Both the position numbers and the translations under genes were made by a program. DNA of 62,358 nt, the filler included, from Choristocarpus tenellus KU-1152 (Eukaryota > Protista > Phaeophyceae): assembly GCA_964200185.2 (NCBI GenBank). It is 11 parts of 11 records of this genome, joined end to end, with 100 filler letters (N's around TTAATTAATTAA, not from the genome) between each part and the next. Parts side by side here need not be neighbours in the genome. Positions count along the whole stretch, not along the records: positions 9,242 to 22,151 come from CAXNAD020001664.1; positions 22,252 to 31,300 come from CAXNAD020004047.1; 9 more parts are not named here. One strand, written 5' to 3'. This document shows, in pieces, positions 12,501 through 25,300 of the stretch. Below the pieces are notes generated by a model. It saw nothing but the letters and a program-made list of their open reading frames with translations. It searched no databases and was not told where the DNA came from. How positions within the stretch are numbered: the stretch's first letter is position 1; every line of letters begins with the position of its first letter.

Positions 12501-13773
12501 GCAGTAGCATATGACCATGTAAGAATCTGTTCGCAGTACTTGAATATATCTTACACTACCTGTGGAAGTTGTCAAACTGTTGCACTGTCCTATTTTCTGG
12601 TCAATGGAAGTAAGGGACGACTCCTGGGACTGAGTTAGCTTGTCAAAACGAAATTTCTATTTTGTTTCTCTGACCCTTCATGCAATAGAATTTGCAAATT
12701 CAACTGAGAAGCACATCTAGTCTTGTATCAAGTGTAAATAGTATTTGCAGGTACTCTAAGCATGCACCTTGTATATTTGGCATGCTTCCTGTAGGACTTG
12801 ATTGGTCTACTACTACCCATATGATTGTGGAGACATCCCAATACCACCAGTGTCTGCCTTTGCCCTAGGACCGTCTCGTTCACTTATTGGGGGGGGGTAC
12901 TCATTCCATGCTAGAAATGCTACCGGCTCTATTAGGGAAGAGGGCGCCAGGTGCTTTTATGGTGGAATACAGGACAATCAATTTGGGGCATTGACCATCT
13001 GTTGGTAATGTATGTACCACTTACATACTATTTTGTATGCCTGGCCCTTTGTTAGAGACAAGATTCACGTTTGCCTAGAGGTACAGGACCCCCTGAATTT
13101 AGTGCATGCTGTTGGTATTGCCTCCTTGTGTTGAAGAAACTGCGAAATTTTTAATTGTGTTGGTGGGCTGGTCATGGTGCATCTGCGCTAGTGGTGTTGT
13201 CTAGCCCCAATAGCTCCAGACCAATAACGAGTATCCACTTTTGCTGTTGATACAACAGCAATGTTGGGGTAAGTTCTAGACAAAATTGTCATTGTGATTT
13301 TGGTGATGCACACACAACTACTGTCTTTCAAGGTTGTAAACTGAAGGTATTTGGTTGTAATGATCAAATGAGCTCTCATTTTTTTCTCCCTGTACTCGAT
13401 TGAATTGAAGCACGCAAGGTAAGGTGATGCAAGAAATTTTTAGCGGCACAAATACTTACAATAGAATAAGCAGTGAATTGAAAGGCTTCCACTATGACCT
13501 CAATTAAAATTGTTGGAGTTCATGATCCTAACTTTGTCTTCACAGTTTTTTCTTTTAGGGACCGCATGTGCTAACCTTGTCCCCTACATTCTCCTTTGTT
13601 GTTTATTCACATACATCATATACTACAATATGGTCATGTGGAGCCAGGTGGCACTTTCCCCTCCTGTCTCGAGGGACAATGTAGCACTGGCGTGTGTTGC
13701 AGGAGCTTTGGGCAGAGCAAGTGGCATATTCGATGGTGCAGATGAGATCAACTCAGCTGCCGCCCAGGCCTGA
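9529..13773 (+). CDS. Plastid-targeted NAD(P)-binding Rossmann protein (atypical SDR / NAD-dependent epimerase-like)
   Basis: Exons 9529 (or 9556)-9925, 10016-10092, 10375-10527, 11173-11258, 11821-12031 and 13648-13773 splice in frame. Motifs VVVLGGNGFVGSKVC, TSISRSG, AVISCIG, VRRFVYVSV, YFNGKKKAE (YxxxK), LIRPTFIYG; signal peptide ending NTSA-FLTP. Confidence 0.92.
12280..12453. mobile_element. MITE family B copy in intron 5 of the SDR gene
   Basis: GGCTCAAAGTATCTGGGGGG ... CCCCCCTAGATGCTTTGGATC; flanked by ACAA on both sides. Confidence 0.85.
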
Positions 13774-16658
13774 GTTTTTGGGAGGGCATGACATGCCTAA
13801 TGGGCAGCCTTGTTGGCGGGTATTGCCTGTATGGACAGTATGAATTGTGCCAGATTCAGCAGCAAGTGCACTGTTTTCAATGTCTTCAGAACTCTATAAG
13901 ATACCACTTTTTTGCTGTCTTCTGGCTTATGTTGCATGGCAAAGGGATTGACTCTGGGGAGCGCTGCAGTAGTTCTCCCTTGCCCCTCTCTTGGTCTACT
14001 GTTGTTGCTTGAGAGATGCGATAAAACGGAGAGAGTTGGAAGGGTTCAAGGAATGCTGGTGATTTTATTATTGGAATACCTTAAATCACATGTAGAATTG
14101 GACTTACATAGTAGCATGGCTAGCGTTATTTGTGACAGGAACCAAATAACAATGATTTGTGATACCTTGTCCAGTTGTGTTCCCTTGTATTGGGAATGTC
14201 TAGAGTAGACATTCCCCTAGTGTCTCTGATGCAAAATGCTTTCAAGGCTACTAAATAGCCACACGGTGAGTGCTTATGCACTACCTGGGGAGGGATAATG
14301 ACAGTGTTTCTTGTGTGGCTGCTGTATCTCTCTTCAGCAAAAGAAACCCTTATAGCATGATGAGGAATGCTTAGACTTCCAATTGGATTTGTGTTAACTG
14401 ATGCTGTTGCTTAGTCGTCAATGCAAGCAACAACTAGCACATCTCTTGACCCATCCAGTGAGGGATTGAAGATATTGACCAGCACTGTGCTGAGTATCAC
14501 CACCCTTGAATCTGACCATTAACATCAGCCATTCTCAGATATGGCATTGCGAGTTTTTCTCATCTCACAACTAAGAATAAATATCTTCCTCTCTGTCAAA
14601 CATTTGCTCTTCCAGAAAGGTTGCTTCCTCATGTTGGTCCTCTTCTATAGATAGCTTCATTTCTTTCTCGATCTCACTGGGCACAAGAGAAGACAGGGTG
14701 AACCCCCACAGCAGTTGTTGGAGTATGGGGTCAAAGGTAGATTACAAGCAGAAATGTCCTCTGTTTAGGTGTTGAGTACCAGCAAATAATTCAATAATTC
14801 CTTCATCACAGAATTTTCGACACATGCAGCAGGTACTTAAATCAGCAGGTGACATGTGAGGTTGTACTTTATCAGTACACAGTTGTGTGTGGAATTAGGT
14901 CATTGGAATGATGGCAATTCCTCCTACCTTCACTGGTTGTTGGAGAAGATTTGTTGTTTTTGTGAACTAAAGTCGAGGTAGTACTAGATCTATATTCACA
15001 GTCAGCAAGCCCAAGGGATATGCGTCATATGCAGTTGATGTCAAATTGCTGCTCCAAAATCGATTATTTGGGTGTTCCTCAAATTGAAAATCCAATGCCA
15101 TTGCATCTCCATCTGTGGGGTTACGGAATACTCTAATTCGATCCAAACCCCTCCAGTTCCAACTTGATACATTGCTGTTCGCAACTGATATCATAAACCC
15201 CATGAGAGCATCTACAAGATATCAATGGGCATAAAGTATTACATTCTGTGACCTTTCGAGCAATAAATTCGTCCGAACGGATCTTGAGAAGTGCGTAGTC
15301 AGTCACTCAAGAAAGATGGTACCGCATTTCCTTGAAAATTGCGTGAGTATGAGCAAACCAGCGGCAGTAAAGTTGGACATCCAAGGTTGTGACTTCCAAG
15401 AGGAGAAGATATCTTCGTATTCACTCAAGACGGTAAAAAGTCGTTTAGCTAGATAAGCCATCACAACATGGTATGTGGGTCTACGTGAATTGCTTGGAGG
15501 GCAAGCACGATGATACCGATCATCAGAGCTGGAAAATTATGTGTAATGTGGATATGCCGCCTGCTGCCTCATCTAGACAACGCACATCATGCTGAGAAGC
15601 GTACGATTGTGCGGTGCGTACCACTATAGTTTCATCTATTCCTTCATTGATAAACAATCTGAGGTACCCACCTCATCAGGGTGAGTCGGAGGGTTCTCAT
15701 CACCCCTGCACTTTCGTTGTTGGTTACCAGCACCTTGACCTTCTGACCGCAAAGTTGTCTAACCTTGCCAGTATGATGACTAGATGGAACCACAGTTCGA
15801 CTTTGGAGAGCTAAGTTCATTGTTTCCTGCGCACGATTGAAATGAAGTCGTTGACTATATAGAATTGGGATTAGGACAAAAGTCAGGAGTAAGCGATTCG
15901 TTTCTGAGCATTTTGGTTGAATGTTGGTGACGGTTCAACTTGGAGGTGTTAAGGCGACCTCCAGCGTACCCTAACCTTCGACAAATGTCCTGTTTGTTTC
16001 TTTTCCGATCCACATCCTCGCAGCAATATTTCCACAGGCAATCATCGTGGTTCTTGTCAAAACTGCACACATAGACGCTACTTGTACTCAACGTGTACAT
16101 AAATGCCATTCTTGCATTCCCTCCCTCCCTCACCAGCACTACGGCTAGCTTCTCCTCTGATGTTCCTCCACCTGAACCTCCGAGCATGCTTCCCTAACCA
16201 GTGTCCCCTCTTCGCTGTAGCAAAATCAACCTGTCCCTCAACGCGAACAACTGTTTTTTCGATTCGCTCTGAAAAAATAAGTAAAAATCTGGATTACAGA
16301 GAAAAATGAACTCTTAATTTTTGAGGTTTGGGCGAACAAATAAACCAAGGAAAGAAACTTCAGGATGTGGAAGTTGACGATTATACAGTAGTAGTTGTAT
16401 AGTACAGTGCAAATAGTTGCACGTTGCACATCCCTTGAGGGACAAGTACAGCAGAGGGAGGATGAATCAAGTATCTGCGTTTAGGTGGACATATACTCCT
16501 GAGTAGAGCTCAAGTTGCTAGGCACGCGACAACACGCTGTGCACCTTGGGGTACTTAAGTGGCAGCGCTTCTTACAGGAGGAGGTGTGCTCGCTGCAGGA
16601 GTCGGAAAGCTCAACACCTCCCTGTCGCTCCACTTCGTGGTGCGTCCGAAGGGGTTGA

Positions 16659-19600
16659 ATGATGAGTGGCTTGCGCAGCGAGGTCGAGCAAACCAGTGTT
16701 ATGTCTGTGGACATGAGTCCGAGTCCCAAACAGGGAAGTCAACCTCAGGATGAATCTCATCACCAGGGAGAGTATACAGTCGGGGCATGTCAGATCCTCC
16801 TTCGGTTCGTGGAGATTGAGGGGTTTAAAACCTTCAGAGAGAGGTATGAGAGTAGTGAATTTTTTTTGGCAGTCTTATTTGGTCATGATGCCAACGATAA
16901 CATGCAGCGTTGGCTGCAGAGAAGAGGGCCTAGATCACATGACCCCTTCTCTCGACATAAGTTGAAAGCTGAGCTGAACAACATCGTAACTTACCACGAC
17001 CGTGGTTTACTGGTACAGCAATACAGAGCAATAGGAGATTGTACTGAGAATAGAATACTTCATTTTCTGTCCTTCGCCTCACCTCAAACATGTACCTCGC
17101 TCCTGGTGACGATTCTTGAAGGGAAAAGATCGACCTCTGCCCAGGTTGGGGATCTGAACACCACCATATCATATCCGATACAAGGCCTCCTCCAGCACCC
17201 CTAACGTGCGTGTTCGGAGGCAACGGTGCTGGAAAGTCCGCTGTGGTGGATGCAGTGCTGTTCGTGCTGGGGCAGGTTATATTTGTCGAAAGATTCAAAG
17301 AGTAGGGAAGACAGGAAGGACCAAGAATGTATCATCTGCAAGCACCTCCACCCATGATATTATCTTTCACAGTGTTCAAGTCTAGTTCCTCTTTCCAGAA
17401 TCACTGAGTCAGATGCTACCTTTGTCTTTCTCATGCCATTGTTCTCCTGAGTATTCCTTTGCTATATGCTCTACCCTGCAGATATTCGGTCTCCATCGCT
17501 ACAGCTTGATCTACCCTGATTTTGTCCCAGTATTGCTCTAAAGATCCACATCACATACTACACCGTGCCGTAGCTCCTATAGTCCAGCTAGGGATGTCGA
17601 ATTGCACCAAGCTTGGTATATGAGATAATAGTAGTAATACCAATTGTTTCCCCCACCCCACCCCCTGCTGTGACCTTGAAGAGAGCCAAGTCAATTCGAT
17701 CAAAGACTGCGGCAGAACTCATCAATGACGAAGCCGTTGCGGTCCTTGGGAGCAATGCGACAGCCGTAGTCACTATCACATTTCAAAAGGTACAGAAAAT
17801 GTAATATCTGCACCACTCCAGCAAAAAGGCAACGAGGAACACAAATATACACACAAAATATTATTGTGTTCTTCCTTTTGACTAGCCTGAGAGACCTACT
17901 AAGGCCCCCCAACAATGTTTCGGTACAATACTAAGTCTGATTGTCCGTAGAAGAGGGCCGTCTTAACACCATCGTATCAAAGGTTGGTATATGTCAGACT
18001 CCACTTAGCCGCACTAACTTCTTCAAGGTGGCATATTAAACCCACACACAGAGTAACAAATAGCCAACAACTAGAGTCGCTATTGCCATTCTCCCCTGCA
18101 CAGTACAATCTAGCAAAGCCTGCCAATGACGTTAGAATTGCTGAGGGAACAAACGCAGTTAGCACTGGATCCGTGTCAACTCTATCCGTTGGGCGATCAG
18201 TCACACATGGTTCAACCTCGAGCTCATTCCATGTACAGGTGGGTCTGAGACTAGAGGGAAGAACAACTGCATTGGTCAGAATAATATAGAGCAGGATTAA
18301 TATACCCTTCTCAACTTGAGTGTTGAAGTGTCAGCTAAGCCGCTTCTGTTGAAGTAATTCATTTATACCCTGAAGCATGAGTGTAGTCTACCACAGGCAG
18401 AGACATGAGCTCATAATATTACATGGTGCATGATGTTTTTGTTCGAGTTATGCACCACTGTTTATTTTGATTTCATCTATTCCGGAGTATCCTGTATCTA
18501 GAGGCCGACCTACCTTTGCCTATCCTCCCTTTGTATACAGCAAATACATACAGTGGTACTTAGCAGGACTTACCACTTCACACATCAGATTCGTTGGGGG
18601 AGCTTTCGTTGTGACCATTGGATGAAGATATCTCCATCTACAAGATGGTCCACCTGTTGTATATTTTGACTAAAACCTTACCTGTCCTACAGCACATATT
18701 TCCTGTGTGGGTACTGGTCCAGATGCAGATTCGGTGCACCTGAAACCAATCAAATATATATATATATATATTCCGATTCACATGTACGGATGACTATTCT
18801 CGTCCATTCCATTGAAAGTAGAGAATGGCAGGAGTAAAAAGTTTGTATATTAGACTTTTGCTGTAGAGCAAATGATACCAAGAATCTTTCCTGCACCTGT
18901 CTGGCGTGCGTGTAGAACCGGTGTGGAGTAGTATATTCCAACTTGATACTGCTGTACAATTTTGAGTCCAATCATTTCTGAAAACGCAATAAACACGTAG
19001 ACTTCTCAGTTGGGAAATGCTTTGTCTGTAATTAAGTCGTTGCAATGATCAGTCATCTTGCACTTGGTTCACCACCAAAGATTTCAGACGCGGAGCCTAG
19101 AGGCAATTTTCTCGATTGATTGATGCAGAACCATATTGTTGAGGGTCTCAAAATATCTAGCCTTCATACTACGGTCTGATTGCCTGGTCTCCCGAAAATC
19201 ACATGTCTCCTTCACCCTGTCGTGTTCTTCCTGTGCACACTACACCGCCACAGGGGAGGCCTACCTCGAGGACAGAAATGGAGGAGGCTCTGAATGAATT
19301 TGTCGGGACGGACATGAGGGATGTGGATCGCTATGTTTTGAAACAAGGATCCACCATGGTGAGATTCACCACGTAGACTTTGAAGAGTGGTGAGCACATA
19401 CAATGGTGCTTACAATCTATCTTCTGGTTTCCTTTACCCTGTCAGTTTCACCAAGATCTAAGCGTTTGGGGTACTAGCCCTTCCACCTCTGCATAAGTCC
19501 CTTATCCAGTGCTAAAGAAACTCATATATGTGTCACTTACCTCCTCGTCACCTTCCCCGGTTATACTAATCATCGCTATTTTCACTCGCCTTGAGGTGTG

Positions 19601-22021
19601 CCGCTTTGGTGGCAAAGAGCTGCTGTCTTTCTTGGAACGTCTGGCAAGCACAGCGAGTCTGAAGGAGAAAATCGAGGGCATGCAGTGTGAACTCGACAAT
19701 GAGATATTATGCCTTGTTGGACTTGAAGAAAATGTAAGGGAGTCGACTGAGGGCAGGAGGATGCTTCAACCACAGGCAAGAAAAACAATTACCGAATCAA
19801 AATATTTTATTTTTATCGTTCAATAGGCCTTTGCAGTTTTGTGCAGAACCTTATTCCACACTTTGGGCACTATAGCCTACAACACTACTAGCTTCGCCAT
19901 AGGAAGCTCAATGGAATTATTTCTAAAAGGTCTGTTGTCCAGGACAGCCCTTGGAGTCAATTTACCGTAACTGGTGTTATTCTGGACGACGATTGGGGTC
20001 ATTTAAGTCCCCAACGGACATCGCACAGAACAACGATCGGAGCCCTTTGTTCTATTACATTTGATGCCAAGCACCACGCATAGACACATTTCATCCAAAA
20101 TGAATCACTCATTTGTGAACTGGGCACACACATGCTGATCTTTCATACATGTCAGACAGTAGGCAAGTGTACACGTACATTTGAACCGACTAGATAAATA
20201 TTAAGGATTACACAAAAGAATGGATGAGAAACACAGATCCTCCCCGTCTTTTCTTCTACCCTCTCACTCTCATCTTCCATGGGTTCTTTCAAGCAAGATG
20301 TCATATTTTAGTAGTAGATACAATGTCGCATTCATAATATATATTGCATTCGATACTTGAGGAACAAGGTGCCTCACAGAGCATCATTTGCATCGTCAGA
20401 CCTTGAGAACATGCCCAATGCGGCATCTATTAAGGGATCACCTGGTTTGGAAGTATTAGTTTGGAACACCCATTAGCGTTGTTCTTTGCAAAGGAATATC
20501 GTCTCCTCAATACTTTTTGCTTTTCAAGAGGAAAATAGTCATCACACACTAACATACCATAATGCAACTTACTCCACCCAGGTGGAAGCATTTGCAATCT
20601 ACCGTAAGGCTGTCGCGGAATTCCAGAAGGAAAGAGACCTGCTTACCCATAGGAAAGTTGCTTCGTTGAGGTAGGTGTGAATTTCCTCGTGATGTGTTAC
20701 ACTAATCCAAACAATCACATTCTTTCATCGAACTATAGTAGACAGTTTAATGCTACACAAAAAACAATATACACACATAATATTTGAACTGCCAACGCAT
20801 TTGTAAATTAATATACATATATGTAAACAGTAGCAATTCTTCGGTATCCCTATTGGCTCGTATGGGACATGTGTACTCCGTCTCTTCGGCATTGTTCGCC
20901 AAAGGTTTTGCCTCTTTCATCCTCAAGGGATGATTATCCCATTTTGCCATTTCCTCCATACTATAAATGAGTTTGCCTACACGCAGTAGGGGTGAAAGGG
21001 GCGGGAGGATATTTTAGGGAAGAGACTTCCAGATCCCGTTTAAGACAGATAAGCGTCCGTCACTGCACAAGTGGCTCTCTCGACACTTGTCTTACAAACA
21101 ATATAATGACTTGTCTTCAACTAACTAAAATATATGTACGGAGTACTTCAGAGTACATAAAAAACTACCGTATACACGTTGAAGTATCCAACTTGCAGTC
21201 TATCTTTTAGGTCCCTGACGATCAAGAACTACACTTGGACAAGTCGTCTTGTCATCCCACAAGCTGTTCGGGTCTGCAGACATACACACCTCTGAACCCC
21301 TTTTCTCTTGGACAATTCTGGAATGGATCGTTTTGTGCTTGGTGCAATCTCATTTCGGGCAACTCTTATCCTTTTCCCCCCATGGCATGAGTCTGAAGTT
21401 TCAAGTACGCTCTATTAATACTACTGTGAACTAGTTTATTGAATACGCATCAATTCTGTGTGATTTGTAAGCAATCAGAACGACAAGGGGATCTATCGTC
21501 TCTCCCACCGATTAGACTGATCAAACCACCTACAAATTGGAGTCATGAGCCTCACCACAGTTAGAGAAAGTCCCTGATGATCTTTGGAGTATGCTGAAAT
21601 TCCTAGATGCTGATTTATTATGGAACTGTACAAAAAAAGGACTTGTCTTACGACCTCTCTGGCCCGGAGCTATACACTGCGCACGATAAAAAGACACATG
21701 CTGTGCTCAAGTGGAGAGGGTGCGCCCACATTTTCTATCACATGCGCATACCCACATACGTATGCACAATTTGTTCTTCTCGTGGATACCAGGGTTAATG
21801 CAAAGGCTGTGGAATCGCACATAACAAATACAAGAAAGGAGGCGGGCAAATTAAAGGAAAGACTACGTGAGGCCAAGTGAGTGCCTGGTGTGGGTAAAAA
21901 GAAGGATGCTCTTTGTCATTGAGGTCGAGATGGAGATGGTGAACAAAGACACCGTCTCCTTTTGTACCGGAGAGGTCAGAGAACATGACAATACGGCAGA
22001 CTCTGGAGGAGTTGATGTTGG
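16659..22021 (+). CDS. Divergent SMC-family ATPase, N-terminal head plus start of coiled coil (3' incomplete at gap)
   Basis: Exons 16659-16843, 17122-17275, 17682-17789, 18104-18238, 19254-19358, 19596-19775 (or 19733), 20582-20670, 21793-21876 and possibly 21975-22021. Motifs LRFVEIEGFKTF, Walker A LTCVFGGNGAGKSAVVDAVLFVLG, R-loop-like KSIRSKTAAELIN, Q-loop YVLKQG, ELLSFLERLAST, then heptad-rich sequence. Confidence 0.85.
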
Positions 22022-22130
22022 GTTTGTCTTGTGTTTCATACATACAAAGTTGACAATGAGTAAAATATATAATCAAGAGTTCAGTCAGGCACTCATTCTT
22101 TCACCTTGGAGTTGTGGACAATGGAACTTT

Positions 22131-22276
22131 GGCTCGGAGTATCTGGGGGGGNNNNNNNNNNNNNNNNNNNNNNNNNNNNNNNNNNNNNNNNNNNNTTAAT
22201 TAATTAANNNNNNNNNNNNNNNNNNNNNNNNNNNNNNNNNNNNNNNNNNNNCCCCCCCTCCCAGATACTTTGAGTC
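22131..22276. mobile_element. MITE family B ends on either side of a gap
   Basis: GGCTCGGAGTATCTGGGGG left of the linker; CCCAGATACTTTGAGTC right of it. Confidence 0.7.
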
Positions 22277-23323
22277 TCTTTGAACTCCTATCGCTTCCTT
22301 CTGCATCAATGAAGTCATGCCCTTGGAAGCGTCAACAATAATACTCCTGCGAAGATAATACTACCATACATAATAATAATAAATAATATCTAGCATCACT
22401 CCTGTCTTGTTCCGAATCCCGCCCTTTCTTCGTAGCGATTCAAGAATCTCTGTACTTAACAGTGTCATGCCTTCAAGACAATCAAAGGGGGGAGGTGATG
22501 TGGAAAGCCAAGTCGTTCATTGCGATACTAATCTTAATTTCCACAACCTACAATTGCCCTCTACCCTTTGGAGCGGAACAATAGATTTCAAGTCGATGCA
22601 GTTACCTTGCACCATATCGCCTGACTTGCTATATGGGGGTATTTCAGATTTTCCCTCTCTGGGAGACGTCACCACCATTCCCACCTCATCAGTGCCTCCG
22701 TTACAACTACATCTCATCTTGCCATAGTTGTCTCATCACCTGAGTAACGAAACTGTCAACCCCGTCCTGGTGATTTCTCTTGCCATCCGTTTCTTAACGA
22801 AGTGTTCTGCCCGGATTATAATCTATTGATGACAATGCATGAAATATAGTTACAACTACATACTCCATTCTTCATGAATATCAATTACTTTGTTCAAACT
22901 TCTTCAATACGTCTAGTAAGGGATTAACAATTTGATGTCGCTACTATAATTTTCTCTATTGCTTGTACTGAAGCATCGCACCTTCTCACTTTCCCAACCA
23001 ACTACTACACCATAGTGATTCACATCTAGTCCAAGGGGGGGGGGGGTAGGGGCAATTCTATCTCACCGACCATGTGCCAAAACAATCACTCGTTTGCTGA
23101 CCCTGTTTCCCCCCTTGCCAATACAGGTGTTTTTCAGAGAGCAATGATATTACAACATAAACCTAACTATCGCTTGCACAGCAAGCATAAACTGCAATGT
23201 GCTGCCCTCCTCCCAAAAACCATAACACTAGATATCAAGGTTGCTTTCAAACTCCTTCCTGATCAGCACAGTTTAGAAGACATCTCAGTGGTCTCCATTT
23301 TTGCTAGATGTGCCCAACCCAGA

Positions 23324-25300
23324 CTATCTATCACCTTGGGCCTCGTCTGGGCCTGGTGCACCCCTCTCCGATATTTCCAATTCGCCAGAGGGCAAGGACA
23401 ATGAAACCTCATTGTTATCCTCATTCGATATCTCAGATTTACTGGAGGATAAGGAAGAGGACACCACAACATTGTTGTCCTCTGAGATGACATTCTCAGG
23501 GGAGGAGGAAGAGGCCTCACCAAGACCTCTATCTGACAACCCGGGAGTGGACACCCCAGTGTTGGCACCCTCAGTACATTTTGGCGCATCAGACCCAGCA
23601 CCAGTTCCAGAAGGGGGTGCACTAAATGTGACTGGATGGTGCTCATTAGCAGTCTTATGGTGTGCGTTGCGGGGGCTCTGACCCTGTGCAGCATTCGGTA
23701 GCACAGTAGTGGGAAAGGAGAAACAAGCAAAAGGAGAAACAAGGACAAAGCATCTGAATTCAGCAGGTGATGCAACATAAACGTCTTGTCTATTTCCCAC
23801 TCGATTACCAACCAACACATTCTGAGACTGGTCCTACCTACAAAGGCCAGGTCTCCATATACTCCCCCATCCAGTTCTTTTAGTTCTCTATGTGGGTGCA
23901 TAGACTGTCACGCAATGACAAAGGTACACACACTCTTCTCACAACTGAAGACCAATTGCTGTACTCCCTGTCCATTCTCCCACAGTGCACCATGACCGCA
24001 AGTATCTTAGAGGGTAAAGCCGTGTCCATTTGGGGGCCAAAATCCAATGTTGCAATTTTGATGTAATTTTGGCTATCGTGTTCACTAGGAAGTGCCAATA
24101 CCCTTGTTCCAAACGCACCTTTTCATATGGTATACAATTTACTTACTCCGAAACATTTCAGAGTAAAAAAATCTCATAAAAAGCCCCAAACGGACGAACA
24201 GGGCAAAGCTCGTACCCTCTAAGATACTTTCACTCCATAGTGCAGGGCACCCGAAGGGGTTAACTCATCAAATCCTCTCTCAACACGACTCATATCTTGC
24301 CTCATCATGGAAGAGTGGTGAAACCAACCCAAAGAATAGATACCATAGCTCACCTTCACACGCAGCAATGCTCTCCGCAGAGTCCCCCCTTCAATAGCTT
24401 CCCACACATCTCGACTATTCTCTGGTCTACAAGAAACATTATCTGCTGCAGCCTCTGCCTCTGATGCAAATGCAGAAGGTCCAAGTGATCCAATGATTCG
24501 GGTGATTGTGTCCTGGAGAACCTCTTCGTCCATGCCAAGGGTTGCCAACGCCTTTGCGCGCCCCCGTTGGTTGCAAGTGTAGCCCAGGAGTCGTTCTTCT
24601 TTCTTGGGAATCTTTTTACCATCCTTCTCAATGCTTTTTTGTAGTAGCGTTGTATATAGTGCGGGGAGGGACGGAGGGAGGGAGAGAATGAGAGAAAGAG
24701 AAGAGAGAGGTGTCGTGACTTGGTTGATTGCATTGATCATTTGATTCCATAATTAACACAGGGATCGGTTTTGTCTTTGTCTCCTCATAGTGCAGCATGA
24801 GCAATAGGGGTCAGGTTTCAGTCTTGTTTCCTGAGAGGTGATATCTTGATTGAACATTGTGTACGTAGTAAGTATACTCGGAAACTGAACACTTCTCCTG
24901 TAGCCTAATCTCCATCATCTGAATCGAATGCACTTGTACTCAATTTTGTCATGCATTCCTCCAGGATTCCACAACTGTGTTCCTCAGGGGCTAACGAGCA
25001 ATCTATGCCTCAGCTTCAATACAGTGTACAAAAAAAACATATTAGATTTATCAGAGAATATTTCCTTCTACTATCAATCACGAGCGGCAGTATTGTTTAT
25101 TTCTCTTGTCTCTTTCTCATCAATCTACCCTTCCCGTCCTCACCTGCAAATTTGTAAAAGACGTTCTGCGATGGAAAGATCATCCTCGGTAATCCCTAGG
25201 CGTACCAGGGCCTTAGCATTGGGAACTTGTTCAAGGTTCAGCCCCGTAAACCTCATCATCACTTCCTCCATGGTATACTTAGAACTTACCCCAGGTTCAG
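23324..25300 (-). CDS. Hypothetical multi-exon protein with repeated KALxxLGxxE motif and Ser-rich C-terminus
   Basis: Candidate exons ~25300-25145 (MAEPGV...NAKALVRLGITEDDLSIAERLLQIC|gtgag), ~24640-24354 (RGRAKALATLGMDEEVLQDT...RRALLRVK|gtgag) and ~23680-23324; full exon chain not resolved. Confidence 0.5.
23994..24235. mobile_element. MITE family A copy
   Basis: GACCGCAAGTATCTTAGAGGGTA ... TACCCTCTAAGATACTTTCACTC; TSD CAT. Confidence 0.85.
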
